In this document: positions 32,315-43,317 of the stretch, piece by piece
Numbering within the stretch: the first letter of the stretch is position 1
Layout of the letters: every line of letters starts with the position of its first letter
Source of the DNA: Candidatus Latescibacterota bacterium
GTDB taxonomy: Bacteria; Latescibacterota; UBA2968; SICM01
Direction: 5' to 3'
NCBI GenBank assembly: GCA_965217865.1
Contig: CBDCJO010000002.1
Coordinates: 768,001 to 832,000, forward strand
DNA: 64,000 bases
Notes under the pieces: generated by a model
What the model was told of the DNA's origin: nothing
The model's input: only the letters and a program-made list of their open reading frames with translations
The model's database searches: none
Program-made: the position numbers and the translations under genes

Positions 32315-32369
32315 CACTAACGGTAAAGATAGTATGCGGAGCGCAGTTCCGCATACTATTGTGTTGAAC
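32315..32369 (-). other. Upstream cassette boundary (GTTAGTG core preceded by a 12-bp hairpin, attC-like)
   Basis: GTTAGTG is the exact complement of the downstream CACTAAC; stem ATAGTATGCGGA/TCCGCATACTAT. Confidence 0.6.
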
Positions 32370-32525
32370 AAAGCCGCACCTCCATATCCCTATGGGGATT
32401 CAATGGGTTTCTGTTTGTGTGATCAATCCACCTGCAGGCACTGAGCTATAAGCCTATGCGTCGTAGCCCTCAGGAACGCCGATGCTCCTTGAGGAGGGGC
32501 CGGGGGATGGGTGCGCAGTTCTATT

Positions 32526-35339
32526 TCAAATTTCAACGGGCTCCATCGACTTCACGTTGGCGTTGGGGTCAAAGTCGAGGGGGATGCCGGGAAAGGGCCC
32601 GTCGTAGACCACGTGGCCCATCTCGGCACGTTTCCTGCGCCACTCCGCCTCAGCCTGTGCGAATCCTTCGGGGTCACGGTCCATGGCCCTGGCCACGGTC
32701 GACATTAGCAGAGGTATGTAGCTGCCGAAGGCCACGTTGGTGAACGTGGGGGGCCGGTTTTCGACTCGACGGGCCTTATCCGTAAAGAACGTCAACACGT
32801 GGTACTTGGCCCATGCCGCATAGATGGGGTCCTTTGTCAGGTCATAGGCCACGGCCACATCCGCTGGGATGCCGTAGTTAACCTGAGGTGGTCCTCCCCT
32901 GTTCGTCCAGTGCCATCCGTTTCCCACGGGCCAGAGCTTGGACCGGGGGGGGAGGCATTCCCGGGCCATGTCGAGGGTGAAGAAGCCGGATACAGGTTCT
33001 TCCCAGACCATGTGGTCGGCCTCGGCCAGGATGGTCTTTTTCAGGAGATCGCTGTTGAAATGTCGGACCCCTTCGTAGTAGAGGGTGAACATGACGCCGT
33101 CGTGCTGGGCGGGCTTGGCGCATGGTCGCACTTCGGCCTCATCCCCGAGTTCGCCGAGGGTCAGGGCAGCGTATGGGATCAATCCCGGTTTGGGTTGTGT
33201 CTTGAGGAACCAGTTCAGACTTCGCCGGGCCAGCCCTCCATATTTTTCCGCCCAGGTGGCGAGGTAGGCCTCGATCACACAAACGAGCGGGCCGGTGAAC
33301 TCCCGTTTCCCTCCGCTGCTGCGTTCAGTGATGATCCCTGCGGGCTCCTGGTTTCGGACGGCCCAGTCCGCGGCTTCGAGGGCGACCTCCAGGAGGCGGC
33401 GGTTACCGGTGAAGTAATAGTGGAGCATGATGCCAAGGGTTAGCGTGTGGGAAGGGCTGTGAACGCCGGTCCACTGGTGGGCATTGTGATAATGCATCAA
33501 ACCGATGTATTCGGGATGGGAAGGGTGCGCGTGGCACACGGTCACATCCGCCATCGTCTGGCTGTAGGCGGAGGCGAGGAGGAAATGGTGGCGCTTCGCG
33601 GTGCGCACAAAATTCCCCCAGAGCGACCAGACCTGGTCATTGGTCTCGTTGTTATAGGGACCGACGTATTTCAGGGCCTTCACGGGATCCGTGCGGCAGT
33701 AAAGGTGATAAGATAGGCCGGGACCTCCTGCGTGCGAGCAGACGAGGTTGCCGTAGCGCATCATCCCATAGAGGCGGCATCTCTCCCAGGGCTCCACGAC
33801 CAGCGTCTCGACGAACTGGTCCAGTGCCGCATCCACTTCGGCGAATCGCTCATCCCCCGCGTAATAATGCCCTCGGGTGGCCTCTGTACGGTAAGTGTAT
33901 TCGGGCGGGGGAGGCGCGATTATCGGTTCCTGAACACATATTGCGAAGGCCTCGGCTGATTCATCATCGATGGGCTCGGGGGAGAGGCTAAGCCAGAACT
34001 CAGTGGTCTTGGCGGCGCCGGTTCCGTCTCTTGTTCCCGTGTCGTTGTGCGAGGCAGGCCGATCGGGCGCGTACTTCTCCACCATCTCCTCTATCCACCG
34101 GACATCATCAGTGGTACTGGGGACAAAACTCTTCAGATTCAGCGGAGCGGTCGGATTTCTCTCCAGGATTTGCTTCACCGCGGCTTCATCACGGGAATCC
34201 GCCTTGGCCGGCGGATCCCCCCACAGCCCGTTGAAGAAGACGCAGTCCTCCTTCCAGGCCGTCGAGTAGACCAGCGGTTTCTCATACTCCGAGGGCCAGA
34301 ACTGAACGTCCACACCATCCTGCGTCAACCGATACCCCTTAGGATACTCCTGCCAGAGATCCCGAAGCGCTACTAAGGCCGATGCCCTGCTCCCGCAAAG
34401 GGTCGTCCATCCGCGGGTCTTTTCCCCCTCTCCGAAAGGCTCACCGTCCCGTTCTACCCGATATGAGAGGTCCGAATCCTGAAGGAAATGCCCTTCTTCC
34501 CATCGCGTCGCCCAGTGCGGCCTGTCCTGTCCCCCAAAACTCATCCGCAGGTCGTCCCCCAGGTCCAGAGGAAACCGCATCCCCACCTCCGAAAAGGCTA
34601 GAACCTCCGGATCCTGGTCGAACACAAAGGTATGGAACATCCGCACATCACGCTTCCCAGCATAGAGATGAACCCGCAGCGTAAACGGACAAAGGTGAAT
34701 CCCGTTCTCCGTCGCATGGAATCCTTTCACGCTAACACATACCCGCATGGGTCCCTCCTCTTCCACCTCCACCCTCGGCGTGGGTGCAGCGGTGCAGGAA
34801 TCGTAGACCTGACCCTGCGTGTCCACCAGATATAAATGCGGTCCAGGGTCTCCACGAAACAGATCGTGCCAGCGGTCCTCACTTTTCACCCAGCATCCCG
34901 AGAGAAAGTCCCTCGCACGCTGAAACGACGCCACCGGAGGTCGCGGTTGAGAAGCCGGCACCCGGAAGTCCAGTCGAAGCTCCCCTGTGTCGATACGGAT
35001 GCGTTCCCCGCTCCGCTCCGTCGAAACCCCCTGTTCAGGAGCAACCGCTTTGACACCGGGTCCATATTCCAGGAAATATTCCCCCGTTTTATCCGCCTTC
35101 AGATTCGCTTGAAAGTCCACCAGAAGCCACTTGACGTACTTCATATCCCGATTCCACGTGGCGAGACACGTGGCTTGCGTAGGGAGGGCCTCTCCGTCGG
35201 GGCGCACCGCGCGGACCGGGGACCCGCGTTCGAGATCTCCTTCTGCGAACGGAACCCCCTGCGTGATCGGCCAGGCCTTTCGATCGACCCCGCCCGGGTT
35301 CTCGATCGTTAACTTGATTCGTTTGATCTCCTTCGACAT
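32526..35339 (-). CDS. PcRGLX/YetA-like polysaccharide-lyase-family protein, copy B (937 aa; a 7-bp duplication ATTTCAA removes the last ~20 aa; homology runs to 32454)
   Basis: Full-length paralogue of copy A with the same motifs. Confidence 0.7.
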   Translation of the reverse strand: MSKEIKRIKLTIENPGGVDRKAWPITQGVPFAEGDLERGSPVRAVRPDGEALPTQATCLATWNRDMKYVKWLLVDFQANLKADKTGEYFLEYGPGVKAVAPEQGVSTERSGERIRIDTGELRLDFRVPASQPRPPVASFQRARDFLSGCWVKSEDRWHDLFRGDPGPHLYLVDTQGQVYDSCTAAPTPRVEVEEEGPMRVCVSVKGFHATENGIHLCPFTLRVHLYAGKRDVRMFHTFVFDQDPEVLAFSEVGMRFPLDLGDDLRMSFGGQDRPHWATRWEEGHFLQDSDLSYRVERDGEPFGEGEKTRGWTTLCGSRASALVALRDLWQEYPKGYRLTQDGVDVQFWPSEYEKPLVYSTAWKEDCVFFNGLWGDPPAKADSRDEAAVKQILERNPTAPLNLKSFVPSTTDDVRWIEEMVEKYAPDRPASHNDTGTRDGTGAAKTTEFWLSLSPEPIDDESAEAFAICVQEPIIAPPPPEYTYRTEATRGHYYAGDERFAEVDAALDQFVETLVVEPWERCRLYGMMRYGNLVCSHAGGPGLSYHLYCRTDPVKALKYVGPYNNETNDQVWSLWGNFVRTAKRHHFLLASAYSQTMADVTVCHAHPSHPEYIGLMHYHNAHQWTGVHSPSHTLTLGIMLHYYFTGNRRLLEVALEAADWAVRNQEPAGIITERSSGGKREFTGPLVCVIEAYLATWAEKYGGLARRSLNWFLKTQPKPGLIPYAALTLGELGDEAEVRPCAKPAQHDGVMFTLYYEGVRHFNSDLLKKTILAEADHMVWEEPVSGFFTLDMARECLPPRSKLWPVGNGWHWTNRGGPPQVNYGIPADVAVAYDLTKDPIYAAWAKYHVLTFFTDKARRVENRPPTFTNVAFGSYIPLLMSTVARAMDRDPEGFAQAEAEWRRKRAEMGHVVYDGPFPGIPLDFDPNANVKSMEPVEI

Positions 35340-35423
35340 AATGCTTCCTCCCGATTCTCCCTGTTTTCCTTAAAAAAGGAAGAAATATAGCTTACTTCAC
35401 CTAGCAGGCGCTGAGTTGTAAGC

Positions 35424-36908
35424 CTATGCGTCGTAGCCTTCGGGCACGCCTATGCTCCTTGGAGGCGGGGGCGGTGAAGGGTTGTGCAGTTCTGTTTCAA
35501 CGGGTTCTATCGACTTCACGTTGGCGTTGGGGTCAAAGTTGTCCCAGTTGAGGGGGATGCCGGGAAAGGGTCCGTCGTAGACCGCGTTGCCCATCTCGGC
35601 CCGTTTTCGGCGCCACTCTGCCTCAGCCCTTGCGAATCCTTCCGGGTCATGGTCCATGGCCCTGGCCACGGTCGACATGAGCAGAGGTATGTAACCACCG
35701 AAGATCACATAGGTAAACCTGGCGGGGGACAGGTTTTCGACTCGAAGGGCCATATCCGTGAGGAAGGAAAACACGTGGTACTTAGCCCATGCCGCATAGA
35801 TGGGGTCCTTTGTCAGGTCATAGGCCACGGCCACATCCCCGGCGATGCCGTAGGCATCCCGAGGTCCTCCCCAGCTCGTCCAGTGCCATCCGTTTCCCAC
35901 GGGCCAGAGCTTGGACCGGGGGGTCAGCCATTTCCGAGCCATGTCGAGGGTGAAGAAGCCGGATACCGGTTCCTCCCAGACCATGTGGTCGGCCTCGGCG
36001 AGGATGGTCTTTTTCAGAAGATCATTGCTGAAATGTCGGGCCCCTTCATAATACAAGGAGAACATGATGCCCCCATGCTCGGCCGGCTGGGAGGACGGTT
36101 GCACGAAGGCCTCATCCCCCAGATCGCCGAGGGTCAGGGCTGAGTTCGGGATCAAACCCGGGACGGATTGTGTCTTGAGGAGCCAGTTCAGACTTCGCCG
36201 GGCCAGCCCCCCATATTTTTCAGCCCAAGTCGCGAGGTAGGCCTCGATCACACAAGCGAGAGGGCCGGTGAACTCACGCTTCCCTCCACCGTGGCGTTCA
36301 GAGATGATCCCCGCGGGCTCCTGGTTTCGGACGGCCCAGTCCGCGGCCTCGAGGGCGACATCCAGGAGGCGCCTGTTACCGGTGAAGTAATAGTGAAGCA
36401 TGATGCCGAGGGTAACGGTGTGGGAAGGGCTGTAACCGCCGGTCCACTGGTGGGCGTTATGATAATGCATCAAACCGATGTATTCGGGGTGGGAAGGGTG
36501 CGCGTGGCAGATGGTAACATCCGCCATCGTCTGGCTGTAGGCTGAGGCCAGCAGGAAATGGCGGCGCTTCGCGGTGCGGACAAAATTCCCCCAGAGCGCC
36601 CAGACCTGGTCATTGGCCTCGTTGTTGTAGGGCCCTACGTGCTTCAGTCCCTCAATAGGATCCGTGCGATAGTGAAGACGATAGGCAGCTCCTGGACCTG
36701 CGCTGTGCGAGCAGACGAGGTTGCCGTAGCGCATCATGCCGTAAAGCCGACTCCGCTCCCTGGGTTCGACGACGAGCGTCTCGACGATCTGGTTCAGTGC
36801 TGCATCCACTTCGGCGAATCGCTCATCCCCGGCGTAGTAGTGCCCACGGGTGGCCTCTGTCGTGTATTGAGGTGGGGGAGGAGCGATTATCGGTTCCTGA
36901 ACACATAC
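35424..36908 (-). pseudogene. PcRGLX/YetA-like copy C, 5'-truncated (toroid half only)
   Basis: Homology to A/B starts abruptly at CVQEPIIAP (~36908), just after the upstream gene's stop at 36925. Confidence 0.75.
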
Positions 36909-36924
36909 ATATGGAACTTATGGA

Positions 36925-38206
36925 TCACGAAACCTGAGACATTCTTTCCACCTGCATCCGAAGGGAAAATACCGTGTTTCCCATCGGTCCGCCGCCCGGC
37001 GGTTCGTAGTTCCCGATGTCGTAGATCACGATCAGCTCGTTCTCCCCGATTGCCAGCACCCCTGACATGCCTGTGTTCCCGTGATTGATTCCGAACAGGG
37101 AGGGTTCGGGTACGATGGGGATCCGGTCCAGCCATTCGTCGCCGGTTCCGTCTTCGCTGAAGGTGATGTTGAGGCCCGGGCGCCCGTATGTCATGGCCAC
37201 CACGCCGTTGGGGAGGGTGGTCAACCAGGGAGATACCCCTGCGTTGCTCGAGTATAGCTTGCCCTCGTTGCGTAACGGGTCCAGTCTCCGCACGGGATAG
37301 TAGCGCAGCACCCCAGGGCAGATGATCAGGTCACTCCAGGTTTTCCCCCCGTCGGAAGACTTGCACTGAAGCATCAGCCGGTCTGGCTGGTGATACCCGG
37401 TACGGAACACGGCGAATAGATCGCCGTTTGGAAGCTCTGTTAAGGCCGGTTCCACAAAGGCGGTTACCCCCCGGGTCGCTTCGGACTCGGGAGGCGGCGG
37501 CATTCCAGTGGGCATGCCGACAAAGCTGAAGTTATACCCGCCGTCCGTGCTCCGGAACATCAGGGGAAGGATCCAGGGGGAACCCTTTCGGTCGCGATCC
37601 ATTCCAACTGTCAAAAAGGTCATCAGGCTCCCGTCGGACATGGCCTTGAACGTCCCGCAGTTCTCGAATGAGCCGAGTATTTCGACACCCTCGATCCAGT
37701 TTTCGAAAAGGCTGAGGGAAAGGTCCGCAGGGTAATGGAACATCACGTCGGGTCGGTCCCGCCAGGTCCTTCCGTTGTCGTCGGATTCCCATCGATGTCA
37801 CACCCAGGCCGGGTTCGACAGGGAATACATAGCCCGGCTCTCCGAACGGACACAGGGTTTTGTCTCCCACCGGTGCGGCTCCGCTGCAGAGGACTCCGGG
37901 TAAGGGATCGGACCAGGCGCGTCCGCCTTCGACGGACCGGCAGTGGCAACCCGAGTAGGGCCACCGGTAGTGGGGATAATTCTGCCGGGGGCGGAACTTG
38001 TAAACAGGGTATTTGGCACCCGGGACTTCCACGGGCACGTGCCGGTCGTGCGGAAAATGGCCGTCCGGATGGAGTCCATAATTGGCGAGGATCGTCCCGT
38101 CCGGGGTCACGCCCACGGTGCAGTAGTGGTGCGTGGCCTCTGACATATGGAGGTAGCCTTCGTGTCGATCGATGATGACGGGCTGTTCGTGGTTTATTTT
38201 TAACAC
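36925..38206 (-). CDS. Sialidase-like BNR/Asp-box repeat protein, frameshift at ~37793
   Basis: Asp boxes SVEGGRAW, SDDNGRTW, STDGGYNF, SSDGGKTW, SEDGTGDEW across two frames. Confidence 0.75.
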
Positions 38207-38282
38207 GTGAATCGTCCTCTTTAATTTGCCGGTTGATTTCCAGTTTTAGAACCGCTTGACGCAGGCCACGTATAGCCAATTA

Positions 38283-39626
38283 TCAATTTGCATTTTCCCT
38301 TATCGCCTGGTCCATGATGGTCAACGCCGAGTCCATCTCCTCCGAACTGACGGTCAACGGCGGGGCGATTCTCCAGACACTGCTCAATCCCGGGAAGTTC
38401 ACGATGTTCATGCTGAGGCCCAGTTCGAGGCAGCGACGTGTCACGGCCGAACCGAGTTCGTTATCCGGTTCCCGGGTCTCACGGTCCTTCACGATTTCGA
38501 CACCCCAGAACAGTCCCCGACCCCGCACGTCACCCACCTGAACGTATCGATCCTTTATCTCCTCCAGTCCCGACTTGAGGATCTCTCCCATCCGGGAAGC
38601 CCGCTCGGCGAGTTTCTCGCGTACAAGGACCTCCAGCACGGCCTGGCCCACGGCCGCGGGAAGGGGATCGGACTGGTGGGAGGTCAGATGCAGGAAGCCT
38701 TTCTGATAACAGGTTTCCTCGATTTCGTCGCTCGTGACCGTGGCCGATAGCGGCAACCCGCCCCCGAGGGTCTTGGACAGGGTGAGGATGTCGGGAACGG
38801 CGCCATCCTGCTCGAAGGCGAAGTTCGCACCGCACCGACCCAGGCCGGTCTGGGCTTCATCCAGGATCAGGAGCATCCCGCGCGCCTCGCAGAGTTGTTT
38901 CAGACGTGGGAAGTAACCGGGAGGGGGTAGGATCATCCCTCCGGAGCTGATGATCGGTTCGGCGATAAACGCTGCGAGTGAACCGACGGTCTGGGCGTCG
39001 ATCATCTCGAAACCGGCTTCCAGGCACGTCATGTCGCATCGGTCGACGCAGTGGCGGATCGGACAGCGATAGCAGTCCGGGGCCGGGATGGCCAGGGTTC
39101 CGGGGGAGGACGGGCCGTAGCCTTTGCGCCCCGCCGCATAGGTGCTCGAACCCGCTCCGCCGGTCAGTCCGTGAAACGATCGGGTCAGTCCGACGATCTC
39201 GAAGCGACCGGTCTTCAGCTTCGCGATTCGGAGGGCGGCTTCATTCGATTCGCTGCCGGTGTTCAGGAGCATCACCTTCTGGAGGGATGGCGGCAGCAGG
39301 GAGGCCAGCTCCCGGCACAATTCGATCACGGGCGGGGACAGGAACCAGCTGAACAGGTGGACGACTTCAGCGCAGCTCTTGCGGATCGCGTCGATGATCG
39401 AGGGATGGTTGTGTCCGAGGGTCGAGCACATCTGTCCCGAGGTGAAGTCGAGTATCGGGCGACCGGTCTCGTCGTAGATATAGGACCCCGAAGCACGCTC
39501 GACGATCAGGGGGAGGAAGTCGCCCGCGTAGCGGATCATGTGCCGATTCACGGCTTCCCACGTGCGGCTTTCAGACTCGGGGGAATCTTTATTCGCCCCG
39601 GAACTTTGAATGGGGACGTCCTTCAT
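38283..39626 (-). CDS. Class III PLP aminotransferase, 2,2-dialkylglycine decarboxylase-like
   Basis: LDFTSGQMCSTLGH, DEAQTG, SKTLGGG, TSHQSDPLPAAVG, LSMNIV..GVWR-like RIAPPL. Confidence 0.85.
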   Translation of the reverse strand: MKDVPIQSSGANKDSPESESRTWEAVNRHMIRYAGDFLPLIVERASGSYIYDETGRPILDFTSGQMCSTLGHNHPSIIDAIRKSCAEVVHLFSWFLSPPVIELCRELASLLPPSLQKVMLLNTGSESNEAALRIAKLKTGRFEIVGLTRSFHGLTGGAGSSTYAAGRKGYGPSSPGTLAIPAPDCYRCPIRHCVDRCDMTCLEAGFEMIDAQTVGSLAAFIAEPIISSGGMILPPPGYFPRLKQLCEARGMLLILDEAQTGLGRCGANFAFEQDGAVPDILTLSKTLGGGLPLSATVTSDEIEETCYQKGFLHLTSHQSDPLPAAVGQAVLEVLVREKLAERASRMGEILKSGLEEIKDRYVQVGDVRGRGLFWGVEIVKDRETREPDNELGSAVTRRCLELGLSMNIVNFPGLSSVWRIAPPLTVSSEEMDSALTIMDQAIRENAN

Positions 39627-39663
39627 CACAGGCCTAATCGGTGAGCCCTTCGAATCGTCATGT

Positions 39664-40407
39664 CTAAGGCCTTCCGTTTTTCTTGAACCATTCCTCGAAT
39701 TCTTCCAGCTTCCCTTCGAAAAAGATAAGCGCGCCTTCGATTTCCCTTCGATCCCCCGGTTCCAGATCGGGGAAGCACGGGTCTGCGTGCATGCAGGGAT
39801 GAGCCGGATTCGACCATAATCGGCCGGTGTGCTCGAACCATGTCATGGCGGCCAGCAGGTTGGACTCGTTCGACCGCGTTGCGATGACGGGCATCGCGGT
39901 TTCGCCATTGCGGTGATCGCATCCCGCCTGGATTTTGGTCCATCCGAGATCGGCCTGTCGGACGTACTTGTTGGCGGTAGTGCACTCGGAAAACTCCTTC
40001 AGGCCTCTCAGATAAGAACAGGTCTGTGTGCGGATGTTCCGCAACGCGACGTCGCTTCCGTTGTGGATGTCCAGGCGAAGGGAAACGGTGATGTCGTCCC
40101 GTTTCTCGATCGTTACCCCGAAGTCGACTCCGTTGGGGAGTTCTCTCTTGAAGGATATTCCCTCCGGGGTGATTGACCAGGGTACTTTCGGAAGGTCTGG
40201 AAACGAAGGTGTGTATCTGAGATTGATGTGGCTCAGATAGAAGTTGCCCGCTTCACAGATGACGGTCTCGGGAAGATCGAGCCAGAGGTAATACTGGCTA
40301 GGCCAAGGAGGGCTGATCCACGCGATATGCTCCCAGGGACATTGGGGGCGCCATTGTCCGGGAAGGATCAGGAAATCTTTAACGAACATTCCATCGGTGT
40401 CGGGCAT
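39664..40407 (-). CDS. Hypothetical protein
   Basis: 247-codon ORF co-oriented with its neighbours; WSNPAHPCMHADP motif. Confidence 0.65.
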   Translation of the reverse strand: MPDTDGMFVKDFLILPGQWRPQCPWEHIAWISPPWPSQYYLWLDLPETVICEAGNFYLSHINLRYTPSFPDLPKVPWSITPEGISFKRELPNGVDFGVTIEKRDDITVSLRLDIHNGSDVALRNIRTQTCSYLRGLKEFSECTTANKYVRQADLGWTKIQAGCDHRNGETAMPVIATRSNESNLLAAMTWFEHTGRLWSNPAHPCMHADPCFPDLEPGDRREIEGALIFFEGKLEEFEEWFKKNGRP

Positions 40408-40529
40408 TATGAGGGAAATGGAAAATGCAAAGTGCAAAAGGAAAGGTCGTGGTCAAAAGCAGTGGATCAGGCCTGAGAATACAGTATGGGTTCCGAAGTA
40501 TTCTACTGGATTTTTGGAACGCCATTGCT

Positions 40530-40707
40530 CCCTCACCCCGCCTCGCAAGCTCGGCACCCCTCTCCCGGGTGCCGGGAGAGGGGAAGGTCGAAAATGATCT
40601 AACTAATTGTTTAATGAAGGGAAAGACGAGATCCTTATACATAGAAAATGAATGTCATCGTCCCCTTCTCCTGCTAAGCGGGAGAAGGAGATACAGGGGA
40701 TGAGGGA
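40530..40707. repeat. Palindromic dispersed repeat (same family as 18177-18355)
   Basis: Reverse-complement match to 18177-18355. Confidence 0.85.
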
Positions 40708-40775
40708 GTTAGAACTGACATCCTTCGCCTGGAAGCGGTACCAAATTCAAGGCTAATTCTGTACACGACACTAGT

Positions 40776-42608
40776 CCCTATACAAGCGTGAATTTTTCTT
40801 GGTTTTAGTAGAAAAAAGTTGAAATGCCCCAGTTTTCAGGCCTATAGTTGTAGTATGAAAGACAAAAAGAGGCCATCAAAAAGGGGCATTTCAGATGAGA
40901 GAATACAGGAAGATTCTTCGGAACAGGGAAGCACGAATTGTCCGTCGTTTGCGTCGGAAGCAGTGGTGCAGTCAGGTCAAGCCTATGATGTCTGGGGGAA
41001 ACATCCACTACGAGATAAGTGGGAAGGCCGAGGCGATCACGTGTGGGGGGATCGGCGCGTTTCACCACATGGTCCGCAGGGTTGGGCTGGTGAAAGAGAT
41101 TGACCGTCATCTTCATCTTTTGAAAGTGCATTTGCCCTGTCACGAATCAGACCACGTTCTGAACATCGCCTACAATGCGCTGGTTGGTGGTCAACGCCTT
41201 GAAGACATTGAGCTGCGCCGGCAGGATGCCACGTTCCTGAACGCTTTGGGCGCTCAGCGTCTCCCGGATCCGACCACAGCAGGCGACTTTACACGTCGTT
41301 TCCGGCCATCGGATATCGAGACGTTGATGGATTGCATCAACCGGGTGCGCACCCGGATCTGGAAAAAGCGCGCCAGGGGCGAACTCAAAGAAGCCCTCAT
41401 CGACATCGACGGCACCCTGGCCACCACCCTCGGAGAACGCAAGCAGGGCATGGCCCTGTCATACAACGGTATCTGGGGATACCATCCTCTCGTGGTCTCT
41501 CTGGCGAACACCAGGGAGGTGTTGTTTCTTGTGAATCGACCCGGCCATGTGCCCAGCCACGACGGTGCCGTAAAGTGGATCGATCGCGCCATCGCGCTGG
41601 TCGCCCCTTTCGCCAAACGCATCTGCCTGCGCGGAGACACCGGCTTCTCACTCACCCGGCACTTCGATCGTTGGTCGGAAAAGGTCGACTTCGTCTTCGG
41701 CATGGATGCTTACAGAGGATTGGTCAAGATCGCCAAATCCCTGTCACAGAGCGATTGGGAGCCCTTTGAACGACAACCCAAATACCAGGTCAAAACCTCC
41801 CAGAGACAGAAACGCGAGAACGTGAAAGCCCGGATCATCCGGGAGCGCGGCTTCAAAAACATCCGACTTGCCAGTGAACGTGTTGCCGGGGTTTCGTATC
41901 GTCCTGCTCGATGCAGGAAGACCTGTCGACTCGTGATCCTCGAAAAAAACCTGAGCGTCGAACGCGGCGAAAACGCCCTGTTCGATGACAAGCGCTGTTT
42001 CTTCTACATTACCACCCGAAAAGATCTTACGGCCGCGGAAATCGTGAGGCTGGCCAATCGACGGTGCGATCAGGAAAACGTGATTGAACAACTCAAGAAC
42101 GGGGTCAACGCCATGCGGATGCCCGTCGACAACCTGATGAGCAACTGGGCTTACATGGTCATGACCGCCCTGGCGTGGAACCTCAAAGCCTGGTTCGCGT
42201 TGATGATCCGAAAGCGTGAGCGTCGCGATCAACTTCTGAGAATGAAGTTTCGCGCCTTCCTCCAGAATCTGATCTGGATCCCTTGCCAGATCGTGACCCG
42301 GGGAAGACAGATCATCTATCGTGTCTTGGGCTACAACCGGTGGATGACTGACTTCTTCCCGGCCTGGAACAGAATCAGATGGCTCAAACCGGCCTGACTG
42401 CCATGTCAGCACCTGTCGTCGTAACATCACAGGGACAAGTCCGTCCACCCCGGCTAAAACACGTCCGCAAACTCAGTTAATTAGACAATCGCATGCCGAA
42501 ACAATCACAAAAACAGCCCAGACATCATCTCCACCAAGTCACAAGTCTGAAATGCTCCGAAATCTTGTATAACACACCGCTCAACAAGCCTATTCGCTTA
42601 TTTTAGGA
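40776..42608 (+). mobile_element. IS1380 family IS, copy 2 (1833 bp; intact 500-aa transposase 40895-42397)
   Basis: IDIDGT, GYHPL, LRGDTGF, RCDQENVIEQLK; flanks read CCTAG / ACTAG in the orientation of copies 1 and 3. Confidence 0.95.
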
Positions 42609-43317
42609 CTAGGTAGGTCGCTACGCCGACATTTATCGTGATATCCGCTCGATTCTCGCCATCGTCGAAAGGCTGCTCCCGGATTTTACCTTTCAATCGA
42701 TCCGCGAATATCTCCGCGCCAACCCGGTTGGCGTGATCCAAGAGGACAACGAATTCGTCCCCCCCGTAGCGCGTAACGACGTCTTCTTTTCGGGCCATCT
42801 TAATCGTCCGCGCTACAATTTCTTTGAGCACGAAATCTCCGAAGATATGGCCGTGGGTGTCGTTTGTCCGCTTAAACCGGTCGACGTCGAACATGACGCA
42901 CGTGAAGGTATGACCGTGCCTTCGAGAAAGAGCGATTTTCTCCCGGATGATTTTGTCCATGTACCTGCGATTGTAAATCCCCGTTAATTCATCGACTACG
43001 GATAACGCGGTCGCGGTGTGGAGTTGATTCCGCAGGCGGTCGTAACCGGCTTTGAACCTGAGGATCGATCTGACACGGGCCGAGAATTCCCTCGGATTGA
43101 CAGGCTTGACGAGATAGTCAACCGCACCCAATTCAAATCCCTTCACCTTTTCTGAAACCTCGTTTTGGGATGAGACGAGCAAGACAGGGACTTCGATCCG
43201 ATTCTGAAGGAGCGTGCTGAGGACTTCATAGCCGTCTTCGTCGGGCAAGTGGGGGTCCAGAATCACAAGGTCGTGCTCCTTCGACTGAGTGATTTTTTTC
43301 CCCCTTTCTCCGTCCCC
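42609..43317 (-). pseudogene. 3' part of a response-regulator receiver-GGDEF diguanylate cyclase; 5' end displaced to 54345-54442, 3' end cut at IS1380
   Basis: DLVILD..PDEDG, GAVDYLVKP, DELTGIYNRR, FDVDRFK, RYGGDEF; ends at GVATY without the ADxALYxAK motif. Confidence 0.9.
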
